In this document: positions 61,310 to 64,000 of the stretch, in pieces
How positions within the stretch are numbered: the stretch's first letter is position 1
Layout of the letters: each line of letters starts with the position of its first letter
Source of the DNA: Candidatus Hydrogenedentota bacterium
Lineage (GTDB): Bacteria; Hydrogenedentota; Hydrogenedentia; Hydrogenedentales; JAEUWI01
DNA length: 64,000 nucleotides
Assembly: GCA_034669905.1 (NCBI GenBank)
Contig: JAXMOL010000019.1
Coordinates: 1-64,000, forward strand
Direction: 5' to 3'
The notes under the pieces: generated by a model
The model's input: the letters and a program-made list of their open reading frames with translations, nothing else
The model's database searches: none
Told to the model about the DNA's origin: nothing
Translations under genes and position numbers: made by a program

Positions 61310-63105
61310 GTAGTTCGAAGCGTACGAAAAACCAGGCTTCTGCCTTCTTGCTCGCCGAAGAAGCCGTCCAGTTGTTGTTTCGCGGCGGACTGCACCATGC
61401 CAGCATCTACTGTATCGGGTCCATCCCCTTCGTCCTGGCTTTGGTCGCTTACGTGGGCACGATGATCCACAGTGGCTATGCCCACGTTTACCATGGAACC
61501 GGCGCCCTGGGGCTGGCCCTGCTCTTCATGTGGATGAAAGCCCTGCAGGCCCGTTTCGGCCAACACCTTGCCGCTACCTTACGGGATGAAAGCCTTCCGC
61601 CGTGGACGTTGCGGGCGTTCATGAACACCTTTTGCCGTCAGGCCCTGCTCCATGCAACCTTCATTGTCGTCTACCCCATTTCCTTTCTGACGGTCATTCC
61701 CTTGGGATTTGCGGCATCCATGTATCAGAACATGTCGGTGTTGGATGATTGCGATACCCGTTCCACCCGGAAACTGGCCGAAGAAGCCCTTGCCCAGGCA
61801 CGCCTCTGGCCCAAACAAAACCACCTCCTGCTCTGGCTATGCAGTCCGCTCATGATTTGCCTGGGGGCAGGTATCGCCATCGGGACCATGCCCATATTAA
61901 ACAGTGTTGAAGATGAATTCGTTGTATCCCTCGGCGGCGTCTATGCCTTCATCCTTCTGGCCGCGGCCGTTCCAACGGCGCCCTTTTCCGTATTCACGGT
62001 GGCGAATGTTGGGGTGTCGATCTACTTCATCCTGGAGATGGCCCACGTTGTCACCGGGGCTGACACGTTGTTTGCGCGCAATCCTGGCGCCCTCCTGGAA
62101 AACGACCTCTTCATCTCCCTCGTGTGCGGCATCACCTACCTGCTGCTGGACCCCGTGTTGAAGGCCGCCTACGCCATCCGCTGTCACGAAGGAACGTCAT
62201 TGCATACGGGCGCCGACCTGCGGGTCGCCCTTCGTCAGATCAAAAAGACCGCTGCCGTACTGCTTGTGCTCGCATCGGCGACACTCGCCCTTCCCGCCGT
62301 CGCAGATGCCCCCGTCGCAGATGCCCCCGGCATCGAAGCCCAGTTGACCTCGTTGGATCAGGCTATCAATGAAGAGCTTTCCGAACGTCGCTATACCTGG
62401 CGGATGCCCCGGGAAGAGCGTCCGGACGTGGAATTACCCTGGCTGATGCAGATATTGCAGGATTTTGGCAACAGCATTCGTGGATGGATCAAGGCCGGCT
62501 TCGATTTTGCCTCCGACGTAATCGAGGCGATTTGGGATTGGTTCTTTGGAGATGGCAGCCGGGACGGCAATGGTTGGGACGGTGATGACCTGGCGGGTTC
62601 CTCACGGACCTTCAGCCAATCCTTTCGCATACTCACCGGACTCCTGGCCATGGTGCTGATTGTGGCGACCCTTTACCTCATATGGCGGGCCTATCGTCGG
62701 CGTGAACCCACGAGCACCACGTTGCTTGCCGCCGCCCCTACGGCCACGCCGGACCTGCGCGACGAAGCGACGACGGCGGCCGACCTTCCGCAAGACGAGT
62801 GGACTCAGATGGCCCGGGAACTTGCGGGCAAGGGCGAGTACCGGCTGGCTTCACGGGCGCTCTTTTTCTCCATCCTGGCGACATTGGCCCAACAGGAAAT
62901 CATCCGTATCGCCCGTTTCAAATCCAATATGGATTACGACGTGGAATTGCTTCGGCGCGCCGCCTCCATTGGGAATATCCCCCAGGTCTTCTCCCGGAGT
63001 GCCCTGCTCTACGAAACGGTGTGGTACGGTGAGCACGAAGCCACCCTGGAGACCCTGGAAGCCCTGAACGCCTGCCAGAAGGAGCTGCACCATGGGCTCT
63101 CGTAG
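61306..63105 (+). CDS. Membrane protein with C-terminal DUF4129 domain
   Basis: Multi-TM N-half; C-terminal A..G.YR.A.R..F...L, KSN.DY, YE.VWYG. Confidence 0.8.
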   Translation: MSSSKRTKNQASAFLLAEEAVQLLFRGGLHHASIYCIGSIPFVLALVAYVGTMIHSGYAHVYHGTGALGLALLFMWMKALQARFGQHLAATLRDESLPPWTLRAFMNTFCRQALLHATFIVVYPISFLTVIPLGFAASMYQNMSVLDDCDTRSTRKLAEEALAQARLWPKQNHLLLWLCSPLMICLGAGIAIGTMPILNSVEDEFVVSLGGVYAFILLAAAVPTAPFSVFTVANVGVSIYFILEMAHVVTGADTLFARNPGALLENDLFISLVCGITYLLLDPVLKAAYAIRCHEGTSLHTGADLRVALRQIKKTAAVLLVLASATLALPAVADAPVADAPGIEAQLTSLDQAINEELSERRYTWRMPREERPDVELPWLMQILQDFGNSIRGWIKAGFDFASDVIEAIWDWFFGDGSRDGNGWDGDDLAGSSRTFSQSFRILTGLLAMVLIVATLYLIWRAYRRREPTSTTLLAAAPTATPDLRDEATTAADLPQDEWTQMARELAGKGEYRLASRALFFSILATLAQQEIIRIARFKSNMDYDVELLRRAASIGNIPQVFSRSALLYETVWYGEHEATLETLEALNACQKELHHGLS

Positions 63106-64000
63106 GCGTCATGTAACCATAGTATTCGCCGCAATCGTCATTGTTGTGGCGGTCATCCAGGTCGCGTCGCTCATGGGCGCACGGATCGAGCAAGGGGATG
63201 TGTTTGCGGAGTATTCCACCATGCGGGCCGATCCGCTGGGCATGATGGCCGTCTTTAACGCGCTGAATGCCCTCCCCCAGTACGAAGCACTACAGTATGT
63301 CCGCCCCTTTGAAGAGTTACCCGACGGGAAGGGCACCACCCTGGTGATTGCCGGGGCCGGACTCGGCATGGACCCCCAGCCCATCCTGGAATCGCTGGAG
63401 CACTTTGTGTCCACGGGCGGCCGTGCCGTAATTACCTTTTCGCCATTGGAAGACGATTTTTCACTCGACATGCTTCGACGGAGCATGCGCGCACGGGATC
63501 GTGCCCTGGCGCGCAAGGCGAATCCAGACGGGGACGATACGCTGGAAGAAGAAGACGAGAAGGACGAAGAAGTAGAAGCCGAGGGCTCCGCCCTGGGGGA
63601 TGAAGTGCCAGAAGCCAACGAAGAGCGTGGCACGGCGGGCGACGGAGAAAGCACCGAGGGCACGGTCGACGCAGGGGAAGAGACGGAAGAGTCGGAAGAC
63701 CTCTCCGAAGAGGACGATGAATCCTTCCCCCTCTCCCCCGCCGACCTCAAGAGCCAGGACATCTCGGAGCGGTGGGACTTTGATTACGGTTTTGAAGTCC
63801 CCCTGAGTGGCACGGTGGCCTCCCGCGTCGACGAGAATTTACCGGTGGAAGCAAATCAACGCCTCTTCACGGGGCTCTATTTTTTGCCCGATACGGCGCA
63901 TTGGACAACTGTTTACCTACGACCCGGAGGCGATGAAGAGGAGCCCGGGCGGGCAACGGTGATGGAGCGCTATTTTGGTGAAGGCACCGTGGTGCTGTGC
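63092..64000 (+). CDS. DUF4350-like protein, 3'-truncated (absent from the ORF track)
   Basis: ATG 63092 after GGAG; TM then GDVFAEYSTMRADPLG...AL, FVSTGGRAVI, acidic insert, G.GTVV; open to the window end. Confidence 0.75.
   Translation, partial: MGSRRRHVTIVFAAIVIVVAVIQVASLMGARIEQGDVFAEYSTMRADPLGMMAVFNALNALPQYEALQYVRPFEELPDGKGTTLVIAGAGLGMDPQPILESLEHFVSTGGRAVITFSPLEDDFSLDMLRRSMRARDRALARKANPDGDDTLEEEDEKDEEVEAEGSALGDEVPEANEERGTAGDGESTEGTVDAGEETEESEDLSEEDDESFPLSPADLKSQDISERWDFDYGFEVPLSGTVASRVDENLPVEANQRLFTGLYFLPDTAHWTTVYLRPGGDEEEPGRATVMERYFGEGTVVLC

Overview
GC-rich bacterial chromosomal window. The gene repertoire (Planctomycete-type cytochrome c, FG-GAP, MoxR, TPR and HEAT proteins) suggests a diderm environmental lineage, possibly Hydrogenedentota- or PVC-like; this is a weak inference. 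Most of the window is housekeeping: rplM-rpsI, folK-panBCD, dnaA-def-recR with a phased DnaA-box array (oriC candidate), mazG-like, pdxA, ligA, an MCE/Mla-type ABC system, a MarR-RND-TolC efflux operon, two MoxR-type operons and an ECF sigma/anti-sigma pair. The main accessory element (about 23.0-25.8 kb) is an orphan Rhs-core/pre-toxin/Hint/URI-fold nuclease toxin plus its probable immunity gene, bracketed by 62-bp direct repeats and several REP-like palindromes. Other notable items: a pan-motif-like hairpin covering the panB ribosome-binding site, a minor-pilin triad whose PilX-like member carries a CxxCH motif, a Ser/Thr kinase with a Thr-repeat linker, and several enzymes with substituted catalytic residues. 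All family calls come from motif recognition by eye; no database search was run.
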